From assembly GCA_016906335.1 (NCBI GenBank), contig JADEYG010000015.1, forward strand, positions 1,178,001-1,242,000: a stretch of DNA of 64,000 bases. The letters are read 5' to 3'. A program made the position numbers and the translations under genes. Position 1 is the stretch's first letter, and every line of letters starts with the position of its first letter. The stretch is from Novakomyces olei. Taxonomy: Eukaryota. The notes under the pieces were generated by a model. The model had not been told where the DNA came from and did no database searches. It saw only the letters and a program-made list of their open reading frames with translations. Shown here one piece after another: positions 11,672-24,557 of the stretch.

Positions 11672-12492
11672 TTAGGTCTAAATGTCAAACAAAGAATATC
11701 AATCATTGGTTATGGGCTTTTCGGAATGCAAAATGTCGGATGTGCTTAAAAGTAAAAAGGATTCTTTTGGTCCCCGATAATTGCTTAATCATAGTAAATA
11801 AATTCATGTTTTGTAGCAAAACATGATTGTAATTAAGCCTTGTATGCACTGAATATTTAAATAAATACGAAAAGTATTACGTTTGATTGGTTTAAAATTC
11901 AGTCAATTCACTGGAGGTCCAAAATGATATACTCTTTAGATATTTATACGGCCCTAAACCAAAATTTATGATAATGTAAATATCAAATACTTTGTTTTTC
12001 GAATTAGATCCTCTGTCGCCGAATTGGAGATAATCAATTCAAAAGTCGTGCATTCTACTCTAATTGCGACAAAAACCAATATGATGTCCAAGTAATATTG
12101 CTTTCAGTTCTAATTGTAGAACAAGGTAGCGGTCCCATTGTAAGACAACAGCGCCGTTGGTTTTAGAACGTTGCTAATTTCAAAATTATTGTAGAACTAT
12201 GAAGATATGGAGCCAATATCTAGACCTCAGTAAAACGACTGGGCTCAGCTTCTCTAATTATCCCTCTAAGTTACTGGTTTAAGTGGCTACATTGGATAGA
12301 CCGTTGATAAACCAAACTGGGTTGTAATAAACTGAAAGATGGTTTAAACCCTATCACATGTAATATGTATGGATGCCTCATATGTAATATCTATACATCA
12401 TCCAAGGGCCTCGGCATCCCCGCACTGCTCCAACGCTTTACCGAAAGCCAAGCAAAGCCAAAATACAGCTGACGTGTTCCAATTCAGAAGCT

Positions 12493-15032
12493 ATGGCTTT
12501 CAATGCGGCTTTTGTGGATACAGACAAAATACTGAGGGCCGAAGATTTTGCAGATAAGCCTTACAGTAAAGCTTTACCGGGAACAGGGACCGCGAACCGT
12601 ACCGATATCCATTGGAACCAGTTTTACAATGGCGAAAAGTACGATCAAAACTTGGAGGGCGTAAGTTGAGTATGGCCTTAGAATGCTGAAGTTTATTTCA
12701 AATCGTCTAACAACGTAGATTACCACGTACCACGAGGCCTTTGAAAATGCAGTTCGCAAGTACGCAAAACGCGATTGCCTCGGGCATCGCGAGTGGAACC
12801 CTGTAACCCGAAAATGGGGTCCTTATCTATGGGAGAGCTTTGAAGTAATTCAGCGTCGCCGGAACCATATTGCTTCGGCTCTGGTAAAGTTGCACGAAGA
12901 TGTGTGCAACGTCCGGGGATCCCAGTATTGTGTGGGGTTAATGTCGAAGAACCGGCCGGAATGGCTAATCTCCGATTTGGCTTGCAATGCTCAGAGTCTG
13001 ATTTCTGTTGCACTTTACGATACCCTGGGGGCAGATTCTATCGAGTATGTCTTGGGCCACGCGGAAATCAGGCTGGTTTTATGCTCCGCGGATCATATTC
13101 CCCAGCTGCTTGCTCTTTCGGACCGAGTGCCCCATCTCAAAATTATTATCAGTTTTGATTCGCTCGATAGCGCGGAGCCTGATCACGTCTCAAAGCGGGC
13201 CCTGCTAACCGCTATCGCCAAAGATAAAGGCATTACATTGATTGATTTTGCCGAGGGTATGCAGCTGACTGGAATCATTAGTTTTATTTCTATTCTTTAT
13301 ATTTTAATATGTTTTTTTTGGTGTATTTTTCATATCAATTTGCGTAGCAATTTGCAGCTTTTTTAAATCAAAAATTGCTAAATATTGAGCTTTCTCTGTC
13401 TCATTTTTGCTAATCGCCAGCTGAAAGCCTTGGTGCACACTTTCCGCGTTCCGAGAATGCACCAACGCCAGACAGTGTCTGGACGATCAACTATACTTCT
13501 GGCACTACTGGTGCGCCGAAAGGCGTACTACTGAAGCAAAAAGTGGCCGTATCGTCCGGCTTTGCGGCCACCCCAATTTTCAACAATTCCAAGACAATTC
13601 TATCGCTTCTTCCGCTTGCTCATTGCTACCAGCGAGCAATGGACTGTGGGATTATTGCAAGTGGCTCTCGAGTCGGATTTTTCCACGGTGATTTGCTCGA
13701 TATTGTAGATGATTTTCAGGCATTAAAGCCCGATACAGTTTGCCTGGTTCCTCGTGTATGGAACAAGTTTGCTGCTCTTATTCGTGCAAAAACTCTTGAA
13801 GCTCCAGGACTGGCGGGTGCGATTTCTCGCAGAGCTTATGCCGCCAAAAAGGCCAGGTTCGAGGCGACTGGTGATATTCATCATCCCCTCTGGGATAAGT
13901 TGTGGACGCGCAAGATTGCAAATATCTTTGGAGGCAATTTGAAGCTTGGTCTTAATGGCTCTGCGCCAATGACAGCTGAAGCGATGACGTTTCTCCAACT
14001 TGCTCTTGGCTGTGATGTACTAAACGGGTACGGGCTGACAGAAACGAATGCGGGATCCCATATCCAATATGCCGGTGACACCAACAAGTCATCTATTGGA
14101 CCGCCTTTGGTTCTGATGGAAGCTTGCTTGGAAAGCGTGGAGGATATGCAGTACCTCATTACGGACAAGCCCTATCCCCGGGGTGAGATTCTATTACGAG
14201 GCCCTACACTGTTTTCTGGGTACTACAAGGATGCGGAAAAGACCGCGGAAGCTGTGGACAAAGACGGCTGGTTTCACACTGGCGACATTGGCCATATTGA
14301 CGAACGTGGAAGGTTTAGTGTGATTGACAGGAAGAAAAATCTGTTCAAACTTGCACAAGGCGAATACGTTAGCCCAGAAAAGATCGAGAATACTTACCTT
14401 TCCCTGTCCTTTCTGCAACAAGGTACTTTTAACTTTGTCTGTTTTCCTGCTCTTTGGTCTCTTTAAATCCTTGTTTATTAATCGTTTATTAATCGTTTAT
14501 ACAACGTTTTTCATTATCGGCACGAATGCTAATTAATCCTAGCTTTTATCTATGGCAATTCCTACGAGCAATACCTTGTGGGTATCTTTGGCGTAAACCC
14601 TGATCTATTTTGTACATTTGCGGCAAAGACGCTAGGCCGACCAGTTTCTTCTGCAGAAGAAGTCCTGTCCGATAAGCGAGTCAGAGATGCAATCAAGAAA
14701 GATTTTGCAGTGGTCGAAAAGGCGGCCAAACTTCATGGGTACGAACGTTTTAAACCTGCTTTATTTCATTTTAAACCGATTTATTTCAAAACAAGCAAGC
14801 AAATTTCGAGTATAGAAAATGCAACTATAAAATCGAAATTAATATAATCATCATACTAATCGTTAGGTTTGAACGTGTCCGCGAGTTTACGCTCATGGTC
14901 GAGCCGTTTTCAATGGAGAACAATTTACTGACACCAACGCTGAAACTGAAAAGACCCGAGTCTTACAAGTACTATGAAGATACTATCAAACGCATGTACC
15001 AGGACCTCAATACGAGCCGCGCAAAATTGTAG
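12493..15032 (+). CDS. Long-chain fatty acyl-CoA synthetase, Faa2-like, probably peroxisomal; 5 exons
   Basis: YTSGTTGAPKG AMP-binding motif, GYGLTET, GWFHTGDIG, IDRKKNLFKLAQGEY, LTPTLKLKR. C-terminus ...SRAKL* matches PTS1. Confidence 0.92.
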
Positions 15033-15427
15033 CGGCTGCACGGAATATATAAAAAAGCTACAGGAATATGGGTTGACTTTGCGCCAATACTATAAACGCT
15101 TGTTGAGGAATAAGTCTTGTTGTCTTTGGCTAATCTCCAGTCTGCATCTTCAAAGTGTCGTAAAAATGTCGGTTTATTCACAATATATATAATAGCTGAA
15201 ATTGCCATGGCAGAGTCTGTAGCAATAAGACCTCGAGTGTAGTACAGGATGCAAACGCGCAAACCAAAATCATAAACCATAATACTCACTGCTTTTCCGC
15301 ATAAAAGCCCACATCATCTTTAAGTCGCAAAAGCAAACAAAGAAAGAAGAAAAGGGATAATGGTATCGGATTAAATGAGTAGGTGAACCCTCATTTAAAT
15401 TGTAGCCTTTTAAAATCTGGACAAGTG

Positions 15428-15830
15428 CTAAAATCTGTAGACGACGCCAGTGTGCGGAGACACCCATTGGCTTGCGCCTATCAGGTCGCGCAGCCACTGG
15501 GTGCCGACAGGATGTGATTGGCCATTTATTAAAGGCTCTGTAGCATTTAATTTCTCGGCGATAAAAAGCGCTGGCTGGAGAAAATCACGATCTGAGTGAA
15601 CGAGGCAGCTGCCGCTCCAGTAGCAACGTGTACAGGACAGAAAAGTTATTATAATAGTGCAGTAGATGCTAAAACCGTCAGTTCTGGGCCACGTAGATAA
15701 TGTTGCAATAAAAGGTGTAATACCATGGCCGCCGTAAAAGCACAGAGGAAAAGAAGAAGAGGATGATGAGGGCCGAAGATCCCATCATCGGCATCAATAG
15801 AATGGGTAAAAAGTACTTTAGACAGTACAT
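15428..15830 (-). CDS. BC10/BLCAP (bladder cancer-associated protein) family small membrane protein, 115 aa, 2 exons; absent from the ORF track
   Basis: MYCLKYFLPILLMP...LLRRPC|IYCTIIITFLSCTRCYWSGSC... The 55-nt intron 15723-15669 (GTATTA...ACTGAC...TAG) restores the BC10 pattern MYCL..LP.LL.P...RPC.YC. Confidence 0.85.
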
Positions 15831-16881
15831 GTTGTATGGACCGGCAGCGCTAGATCATACAAATTTTGTAGACCAGACTGTGTATACTACATTGTTTTGT
15901 AGATCCTCTGTAAAACATTAATATGGGAAAAGCGTAGGTTTGCTGGTATTTGCTCTATTATCTGCACCAAAGTACAGTACAACGTTAGGCTTAACTGGTA
16001 TCTGTACCACTTTAACATGATACAAGTCATATACAATAAAAGTTTGTATTCAGTAACGTATTGTACAATACCGTTGTACAGTAACGTATTATAACGTATT
16101 ATGCAGTATAGGTTCCAATATGTCACGACACATTAGACGCAGTAGTCTTGGAAATATCTTGCAATACTTGTATCGCACACTACTTTTATCCAATTTTTTG
16201 CACTGCAGGCGCCGCGAAATCCGACTAAACGTGCAATGACGCCCACACTTTACACTGCTATGACCCACTGCGTTTGCTCCTTGTTTTGTCTTGTATAGCG
16301 TCAGTGCTGGCGGCCAACGCTTTTGTCGTTTAGTCGTGATTTTGACGTTGCAAAGTAACGTGCAACCTTGTCTCCGTCGTACTCGTACTAAATCCGAGGG
16401 AAGGGAGACGGGTACAGGTTCCTTGCACTCTAACCTTAGCGGCTCTTTGACCGCCGTACAGTCCGTTCAATTCAAGAAACCTTTTGCATTCAGTTTAGTG
16501 CTGTCAAATTTAGGGCTTTGCCACGAGCTCTGCCGCGATTCACGTGCCCGGTTTTGGTGGACTTTTTTCTCTGTTTTTAGCTTTACACTACTCGACCATT
16601 ACTCTGCTCAAAAGTTGAGGAAACCGAGTTTTCTTTTTCGGATTGTTGCCATTCTTTTTGCAAACAGTTGAAGAATTGGAGCTGAAAAGTTAGAGCCAAA
16701 GAATTGAAGACTGCTCAGTTTCACCACACACTTTATCTCTATTTCTTTCTTTCACTTGTGGATCGGTGATTCAGTGCTCTTTTACTCTCCAGTTACGCAC
16801 AGTTTTACTGTATCGGTACGTTTGCATCGCCGTACCTTACCGCAGAAAAGGAAGCGGAAATACCCCAAAATTAGGAGAAAG

Positions 16882-17700
16882 ATGAGCACTGAAAATGAAG
16901 CAGACAGAGCACACGCAGACACAAACGAGACCCGCCATGTGGACGGTGTGGAGCGGACAATGGTGGCCCGGCATGGACGCGACCACGAACGTCGGAACGC
17001 AAAGACGGGAGCTCGATTGGCTGCGGGAGTTGTAGCTCTTTCCTCGGCCTCGACTCACCCGGGCGAAGGTGAATCGGCAGAAATGAAGTACGTTTTGCTT
17101 ATCAGCTCATCGAGCGGCAAGAATCGTGCAAAATGGGTTCTGCCTAAAGGCGGCTGGGAGTCTGATGAGACTGTAGAACAGTGTGCGCTAAGAGAGTGTT
17201 GGGAGGAAGCAGGGATCATTGGTGATTCTGTTCGTATGTTGGGATCCTGGCTCGATCCTCGTCCAGCCAAGACCCATGGCCGTATTGAAAAGTATGCAAA
17301 CTCTCGGTCAGTGGAGACTGTGCAACAGCCTTTAGAGCACTCCTCTAGTGCTGATGGGAAGACGGGCGACGGAATTGCTGCTGCAAAAACCAATGATATA
17401 TCGATTAGAACTGCGACTGAGTCTGAGTCTGTGGGCCATTTGATCGAAAAAGAACCCGGCTTGGCAACAACTGGTAAGAGCAGCTCAAGTAAAGTTGAGG
17501 CAACAGACTTGCCTTGCTACATACCACCACGTGCCGAGTATACGTACTTTGAAGTACGCTGCACAGATTTGTCGGCCGAGTTTCCAGAAATGCATACGCG
17601 TCGGAGAAAGTGGATGACGTATGCGGAGGCGAAAGATGAACTAAAGTGGCGGTCAGAGATGATTCTTGCGCTTGAAGCAAGCAGTATTAGGAAACCGTGA
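16882..17700 (+). CDS. DDP1: Nudix hydrolase, diphosphoinositol-polyphosphate/ApnA hydrolase (Ddp1/Aps1 family)
   Basis: AR.GR..R...GARLAAGVV, VLLISSS, WVLPKGGWESDETVEQCALRECWEEAG Nudix box, FPEMHTRRRKW. Confidence 0.85.
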   Translation: MSTENEADRAHADTNETRHVDGVERTMVARHGRDHERRNAKTGARLAAGVVALSSASTHPGEGESAEMKYVLLISSSSGKNRAKWVLPKGGWESDETVEQCALRECWEEAGIIGDSVRMLGSWLDPRPAKTHGRIEKYANSRSVETVQQPLEHSSSADGKTGDGIAAAKTNDISIRTATESESVGHLIEKEPGLATTGKSSSSKVEATDLPCYIPPRAEYTYFEVRCTDLSAEFPEMHTRRRKWMTYAEAKDELKWRSEMILALEASSIRKP

Positions 17701-18166
17701 TGGATGCGGGCGTGGTTATCGTTTCAATTAATTGATCTTTATCGTTTCTTAGTACTAGCTCGGCTTTTCCCGAATATCTACATGATTTCGTCCAGGGCAA
17801 TATTCCTTAACGTTTCCCTTTATAAATTTTGCTTGCAGCTAAGAATCGAAATAAATGGCGAGCTTATTGAATCAATATTTTTACAAAGCTGTTATCTACT
17901 TATTTATGTGCGTGCAGCATTTGCCCTCTGCGTTTACTAAAGCAAATTGCATCATCATAATATATTAATGATCGTGAAATTCAAACGTTAACCAAATAGC
18001 TGTATTACAAGATCCTTTTCTAAACTTCCAGGACGACTATTAAACGTATCGTAATAAACGCAAACTATCGACAAATCATCATCAATAAAATCATAATCAC
18101 ATTGCAATGCTCCCGCCCAGTCCAGTCCGTATTATAAGTATGCACAATCATTCAATTGCGTGGCAA

Positions 18167-18978
18167 TCATTCTATTGGTGGCATCGCCGTACGTGCAATT
18201 CCAGGGCTTTCCTCAGATTCGTCGGCAAAGGTCGAATTTCGAATCGGCGACTGACCGTCCACATTCTCCAGAATAATCGTCGGTTGGTTTGCGTCTTTGT
18301 CCGCCTCTATAACGAGCTTGGGACTCGTACATGCTTCGTTACCAAGTCTGCAGGATGATGACGATGACGACGACAAAGATGGGTCTATTGTAAGAGATCC
18401 TTTGCACCTTGCAAGTTCTTGCTGCCTCGATCTTTTGATGGCCGATAGTGCATCGACCAGATAATCGGCCGACAATGGTTCTGCCTTGGGCGGCTCTTCC
18501 TGGCCTTGTTCCCAGTCTACAGGCGGAGAACCCGGTGGAGATATTAACCAATTTTTTCCTGCTTCGGGAAGCTTCAAGTGCGGATCCCGTGCCGCTGTCT
18601 CTGGCGACAAATCTAGACTCATATCGCTAAAGTAGGCTGTTGTAAGTTTCAAATCTAAAAATATAAAAATATAAAACTAAAACGAAAAACAGAAAATCAA
18701 AAAAAAAGGGAATCAAAAACTAAATAAAAAGAAAAAGGCGCCAATAACGGTCTCGTACCCTTTACCCCCTCGGCTATAGGCTCACGTTTCAAAGCGTCTA
18801 GGCACCGTGAGGCTTCCTCCTTGTTCGTAAATACAACCATAATTCTGGCTAAACCCCTGATTGGAGCCCACGCACGAATTGTGCCCCATTTTGATATCTT
18901 GGCCTTAAGCTCGCCTTGATGATTTGCGTTAAATTGCTCTACTGGCAAGTTTGTCAGTAGAAGCGCATTAGTCGCCAT
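18167..18978 (-). CDS. RCN1: Calcipressin / regulator of calcineurin (RCAN), 2 exons
   Basis: RRM-like N-terminus; HLKLPEAGKNWLISPPGSPP signature; PxIxIT-like PKLVIE and PTIILE; intron 18758-18655. Confidence 0.92.
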
Positions 18979-19301
18979 AGCGATCTCCGCTCGTTCATTT
19001 ATACGTATATATAAGGCTTATTATTTTTACTGGAGATCTCTATCTGCGTAAATTGCGTATCCAGTATGTAACTTGTATCAATATACTTGTACAAGACGAC
19101 TATGTTATGCTGCGAATTATTTAATATATGACGGACGTTTTATGAATATGAAATAAATAATCATATTCGTCTTGTTTATTTAATTTTATCTAATTTTATC
19201 TAATTTTACTCAGTTTTATTCAAATTAAATCTAATTGATTTCAATTGTTTAAAATACATTTCATTGTGGACGATCGCGTCTATAGTCATCGTGTCCCTTG
19301 A

Positions 19302-20839
19302 CTAAGTGGACAATTGTGGAAAAATGCGTTCAACAAACTCCTGCTGGAAAGCATCGTTACCCGGAGTCTTTACAATAATATCGACTCGGTTTCCCTTTCG
19401 CGGATGTAACCAGTTTCCTTCGTCTGTACTTTCTTCAATCGCGTCTTCACTCAGCTGCTCCCTCCCACGTTTGTCCGATACACTGGCTCCACGCGTCCAC
19501 TGTCCCACAGTTTCTATACGCACGTCCACGCTTCTTTCTACGACATGATTCGCCCGATTAACGAGGAACCAGACGCAAGCAGGATCGTGCATAGCTAAAT
19601 GAATTGATTCTACGGATCCTCCGTCTTGAGCATAGAGCTCATGTACAGTTTGAAAGGATCTTTTTACAAAAATGTTCGACCACTCAGCCAGCGAGCTTTT
19701 ATCACTTGTATAGCGGTCTATTGCCTCGTCCCACTTTGATTCAACGAGTAAATGCTGGTCAGCCGTGTCCACGGGACTCAAAACAATCTTGAGTGGTCGT
19801 GGTAGCTGAACAGCGGGAAGGAGATGTGGCGGCATTGTGGAGGAAGGGTCTGGCGAGGATAGACTGAGTACCAGAGCTGCCGCCTCTGGGTCTGAATAAA
19901 AATTGAATTCTGTCATGTCAGTGCCTGTGATTTCTGATTTTTATTTTCAATTTTCATCTCCGATTTTCCGTCAAACTTACCGGCATAAGGGGTAACATTA
20001 CCGGGAACATTGATAGCACCGCCCATCACCACCACTTCCTTCACTGTAGTTTTAGTCAGTTTTGGCTCTAAAATCTTAAAGCTAATAAAAAAAATTCCAA
20101 AAACTAAAAACTTATTGAAAAAATGTATATACAAAGCAGAGGATAAAACGGTAGAGTCTTTTCGATACTTTAAGCCTACCTTTTGAAAACACCAGCGGAT
20201 CCCTTTGTGCGGCGAGGGCGACGTTGGTCAAAGGGCCTAGTGCTATGAGAGTGATTTCGTCTTGTTCATTTTGCTGAAGGATTTCGAGAATAGTATCGAC
20301 TGCGTGCGACTGCGAGGGCACGAAGCTGAACCTGTTCTCTGTACCTGCAGAACCCGATCTGCGAAAGTACGGGAACGAGTCTACCCAGTTTTGCGCAGGT
20401 ACGCCAGAGGGAAACTGTAGTTAGATTTGAAGAGACAAAGCAAGAGACAGTAGATGAAAGGAAAAGCCGCTAAACCATACATCGTCATGAACATTTTTCA
20501 GGCCATCTGTGCCGTGAAAGTACCTGGCCTCAGTCACAGTTTCACCGAGAGGCCGATGAGCACCGACAGCAACGATAATATCGTGCTTTAGCTGCTTCAG
20601 CCATTGCGGAGCATTTGCGCCCTTTTTCTCCAGATCTAAAACCTGAAAGAGCGAGATTAAATTGCGCGTTGTATGGTGCAGAGCAATGTTGCCGTGAACA
20701 GACGTAATGGCTACAACATCCAGCTCATCGGCCCAGGCCAGAGCCATAAGGATGGCCAAGACATCTAGAGATTAGGTACTTTGACAACTTGACCCATACC
20801 ATCAACGCCGGGATCCGTGTCTATTATAATCTTTTGCAT
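19302..20839 (-). CDS. Inosine/uridine-preferring nucleoside hydrolase, multi-exon
   Basis: MQKIIIDTDPGVDD, HGN, FHGTDGL, ALGPLTNVA, MGGA...GNVTPYAEFNFYSDPEAA, MHDP. Confidence 0.92.
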
Positions 20840-21375
20840 TTCCGTCGTCGACTCGTCTAATTGATCTGCTAATCTTGTCCCGCGCCGCGCATGGGCGAGA
20901 TTGCTATCTGGGCCGTGTAAACCTCCACTATTGTTTTTATATGAATATTATTTGCCCGCAATATTACACGCGCCGTAGTATGTATATGATTATTAAATAA
21001 AATATTTAATACTATAAAAATAAATATATTGATGGCGACGACGCCGGCTCTTGCTATCTACACAAAAAGTACAAAGTATACGCTGTCGCAGGCGAGCAAT
21101 TAGTCATATGAAGAATAGGACTGTGGAGAAAAGTTTAGGCGCAAGTTTAGGCGCAAGTTTAGGTGGAAAGTTTACGACAGATCTTTACTACAAAAATTAT
21201 TATTTAAACATTATTCACCAAAGAAAACCGGCAATGGTAATAAACTACCAATCCAAACACCACGCGAAAACGACCATTAAAACTTGACAGTGCAAGCGTG
21301 TACGGGCTTGCCTGATACAAAAGCACATCCAACCATGATGATCATACATCCTGGTAGACCTAGATTATAAGAGCT

Positions 21376-21864
21376 CTATGAGCCCGGACCCGTACTCTCT
21401 GGAGCCTGTTCGGCCGGCTTTGGTGTGATCAGATGCTCCACGGGCAACATACTAGCATTCTCTGGTGCTTTTTCCTCTTCAGCTCGCTTTCGGTGCCCAA
21501 TTTGAGCTGGATTGTGCTGGTTCGGAGCATGATTGTGCACTGAAAACTGCGGATCTTGTCTATGCCGCACTTTCCATGTTTTCTTGTCCAATGACTCTTT
21601 CGCCAAGACCGAAAACTTGCACCCCGTTCCTCGAGCATTGGAGTACTGTTTCCGTCTCCTTATCTCCTTTGGTGGGCCATTTGAACGGTTGCACATGAAC
21701 CATATCGTTCGTTTTCCCGATTTTTCTTTGGTAGATCGGCCGATCGTAAACGCATATCCCTTCGCCTTTGCCCATTCGTTTATTGCCTTTGACAAATCAT
21801 CGCTCGACTGGTACTCTTCCTCGGGCGGAATACAGTCTGGAGCAAAAGATTCAGGCTCGTCCAT
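21376..21864 (-). mobile_element. MULE-transposase-derived FAR1/WRKY-GCM1-type Zn-finger DNA-binding ORF without a DDE domain
   Basis: AINEWAKAKGYAFTIGRS...CNRS...GTGCKFSVLAKES...W...HNH matches the N-terminal domain of fungal Mutator transposases. Intronless; ends after 162 aa. Confidence 0.7.
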
Positions 21865-22235
21865 ACTGTCAGAGTTTGGAGCGACGGAAACGCGTCCCGT
21901 GTCACGGCCACTATAATCCACGGCACCCGTGGCTAAATAATTTCCACGGGATCCCGTGCGATCATAGTTGTACAGGCAAACATGTATTTCAAAGTAATAT
22001 TGCGCGTATAGTATTGGGCAAGTATTAGGGTTTAGTTTCTGAGAACTGCACGATAAATAGCTTGAGTATATGACTAAGCAACCTATCGTGCCCTATATTA
22101 ACACGTGCCCGTGCAGTCGGACGCGCTACAAACAGCTCGACGCCAGTTGCTTCGGGTTTGGATTACTTTGCGTGATGAAGGGTTGGCAGAGTCCAACGAG
22201 AATACTATACAAAATCTATAAAAACACAAGTACAA

Positions 22236-24012
22236 TCAAGGCCTCAACACTACTAGAGGGCACGAGTCTCTAGTGGCCGCGAGTAAAGTGCCGTCAGTGT
22301 TCCATGACAGATTGCGTACAGGGTGGGGCGAGTTTTCAGTCTTCCATGTCCATGAAACCGAGCCATCATCACACACAAGTAAGAACACTTCACCGTCCTG
22401 TGTTCCACAGGCCACAGCGGCTCCATCAGGCCTCACGCTCGAGCACACAATGCCACTATTCGCCTCGTTTGCTTTAAACTTCAATGTTGACGTTAACTCC
22501 CCATCAGAACCAACGTCAATTGTGTAAATAAACACCATCCCCGAAGCACAAGCAATAAAGAGATCTGTAGAATCTTGTCGTATCCACTCTACACTAGTAA
22601 CGGCGGCTCCAACCTCGTCGGGATGGATAATGTGCTTATTTGTTCGGTTAAAGACGTAAACAGACTTTGTTGTTCCTATAGCGACCCCAACAAGCGCTGT
22701 TTCGTTCCAAATTGCACATGAGATTTCCGGGCACCGGTGAGGCGAATAGGCAAGATATTCCTTATAGTCGGGTATCGTCAGGATCTGTACGCCTGGTTCG
22801 CCTGCAAAGAGCAAAGCTTTCTCCATTAAACCAGTGTCGGGGTTCTTTACCTGCACAAAATCGCACCAATATATTGTGGGTTCAGCTGCTGTATCCAAAC
22901 TCCACAGTGGTTCGAGCGTTTGAAGGCTATATATGACGATCGCAATAGGTAGTGCACAAGCCAGCATAGTGCTGTCATCTGACCACGCAAAATGCATAGC
23001 CGGTGCATGCCTCAAACCATCAAAGACCTTTGTATGAGCGCCATTTGCATCGCTCAGAACAATTTTGCCATTTTGTAGACCGACCGCCAAGAAATCGCCA
23101 GTTTTCTTTCATTAGTCTGCCAGGGATAAGGGGAATAATCGACATGAAAGCAAAAAACATTAATTAAATATCACAATGATTATACAATAGCGGCATACGT
23201 TCCATTTGAAAGCAGAGATTGCAGACTCTACTCCATCCACAGCAATTTGCCTTGTAACGAAATTTAAAGTGTGTTGGCCGGGTTTATTGTGGTTTACAAG
23301 CAAGTGCAAGTCCGCAGCGGTTGATCTTGTCAAAGTTAGAAGCGCAAGACCATTTTAACGTACCCATAAAAAAGGTTCGCCGTCGCATCCTTCCGGCTAA
23401 AGTCACACCAAAACGGCTGCTTTTCGCCTTCAATAACGGCTACACGACTCGCATCCAGACGTGGAGCTTCATGAGCAGCCGAGTCGCTTTCCTTATCGGC
23501 CATTTCCTCGTCCTCCATTACATGGCTGTGCCTGACTTTTTCCTTTTCTTCAGCCGGAGAATTCACTGATAATGACGCATTCTTTGTTTGATCTGTGTCT
23601 GAAGCCCTTTGGTCTTGTAAAGGCGACGTAGATAACCCTTTTCCTTCTGATTCTGTAATTGGTCCAATCAGATTGAACCTTACCGGCTCGGCTCCCGACT
23701 GTGTGGGTTAATAAAAGTCAAAAAAAAAACAAAAACGAAAAAAAAAAAAAAAAAAAACGAAAACAAAACCAATTCTTACCTTTATATGGTGCTCGGCCTC
23801 AGTGTACTGTAGGCCCCGTTGCAGCATGCGCACTAACGCGCCTACTTGAACACTTTTAGACCAATCATTATCGTTCTTGTCGGCCTTTGCTTCGCCCTGA
23901 AACGCAAATGCCGTATGATCGAAGCCTTGATGTAAGCAAATTTTCACCGCAGCAACTAACCTGATTCGTTAAGGTACCGCCATATTAAATAATTAACCTG
24001 ATCGCTGTCCAT
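22236..24012 (-). CDS. SIF2: LisH-WD40 protein of the Set3C/NCoR complex (Sif2/TBL1 family), multi-exon
   Basis: MDSDQVNYLIWRYLNESG|FDHTAFAF LisH; GALVRMLQRGLQY.EAE; C-terminal WD repeats. Confidence 0.85.
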
Positions 24013-24199
24013 ACATGCAATTGGCCGTTGGGCTATACAAGTCGTCTATGAGGAAACAGGTCAATGTCGATAAGGGTGCTGCGTAAATAGTATGACAGCT
24101 ATATTATTACATCGTATTCACATATAATTGGCGTACATTAATTTTGATAATATTATACGGTGACCAATCTGACGAAGCCTCAATACTAATAGCCTGTAT

Positions 24200-24278
24200 C
24201 AATATTCACTAATATATTCACTAATATTCACTAATATTCACTAATATATTCATTAATATATTCACTGATATATTCACA
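24200..24278. repeat. AT-rich minisatellite (ATATTCACTA)n in the SIF2/SEC31 divergent promoter
   Basis: About 6 degenerate copies of a 10-14 nt unit. Confidence 0.8.
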
Positions 24279-24557
24279 TTTTCACGTACGTTTCCTCTCC
24301 TTTCAAAGACAATAAATGTATATACTATATTTTATTCCCTACAAAAATAATACAATAATACATTTATTCGAAAAGTATCCGCCAACGTGTAGCAAATAGC
24401 CAGGCAAGCTACAAGCTACAGAGTCACCGGTATCGTAGTCGCACCTTGTCCAGATTGGCTCCAAACTCACGGTACGAGCCAATTGCACTGTATTTCTAAG
24501 CAGTCACTTTCGTGTGCGGCCTGGGTCCGTACCGGAGGAAAAAACACGGATTGAAGT

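Noticed and set aside
11900-12260. Intron-like signals suggesting a small gene
   Set aside because: No consistent open frame or recognisable product could be assembled.
16756-16881. In-frame non-AUG N-terminal extension of DDP1 with an NLS-like KRKRK
   Set aside because: Explained by an A-rich leader following a probable UTR splice acceptor; no independent support.
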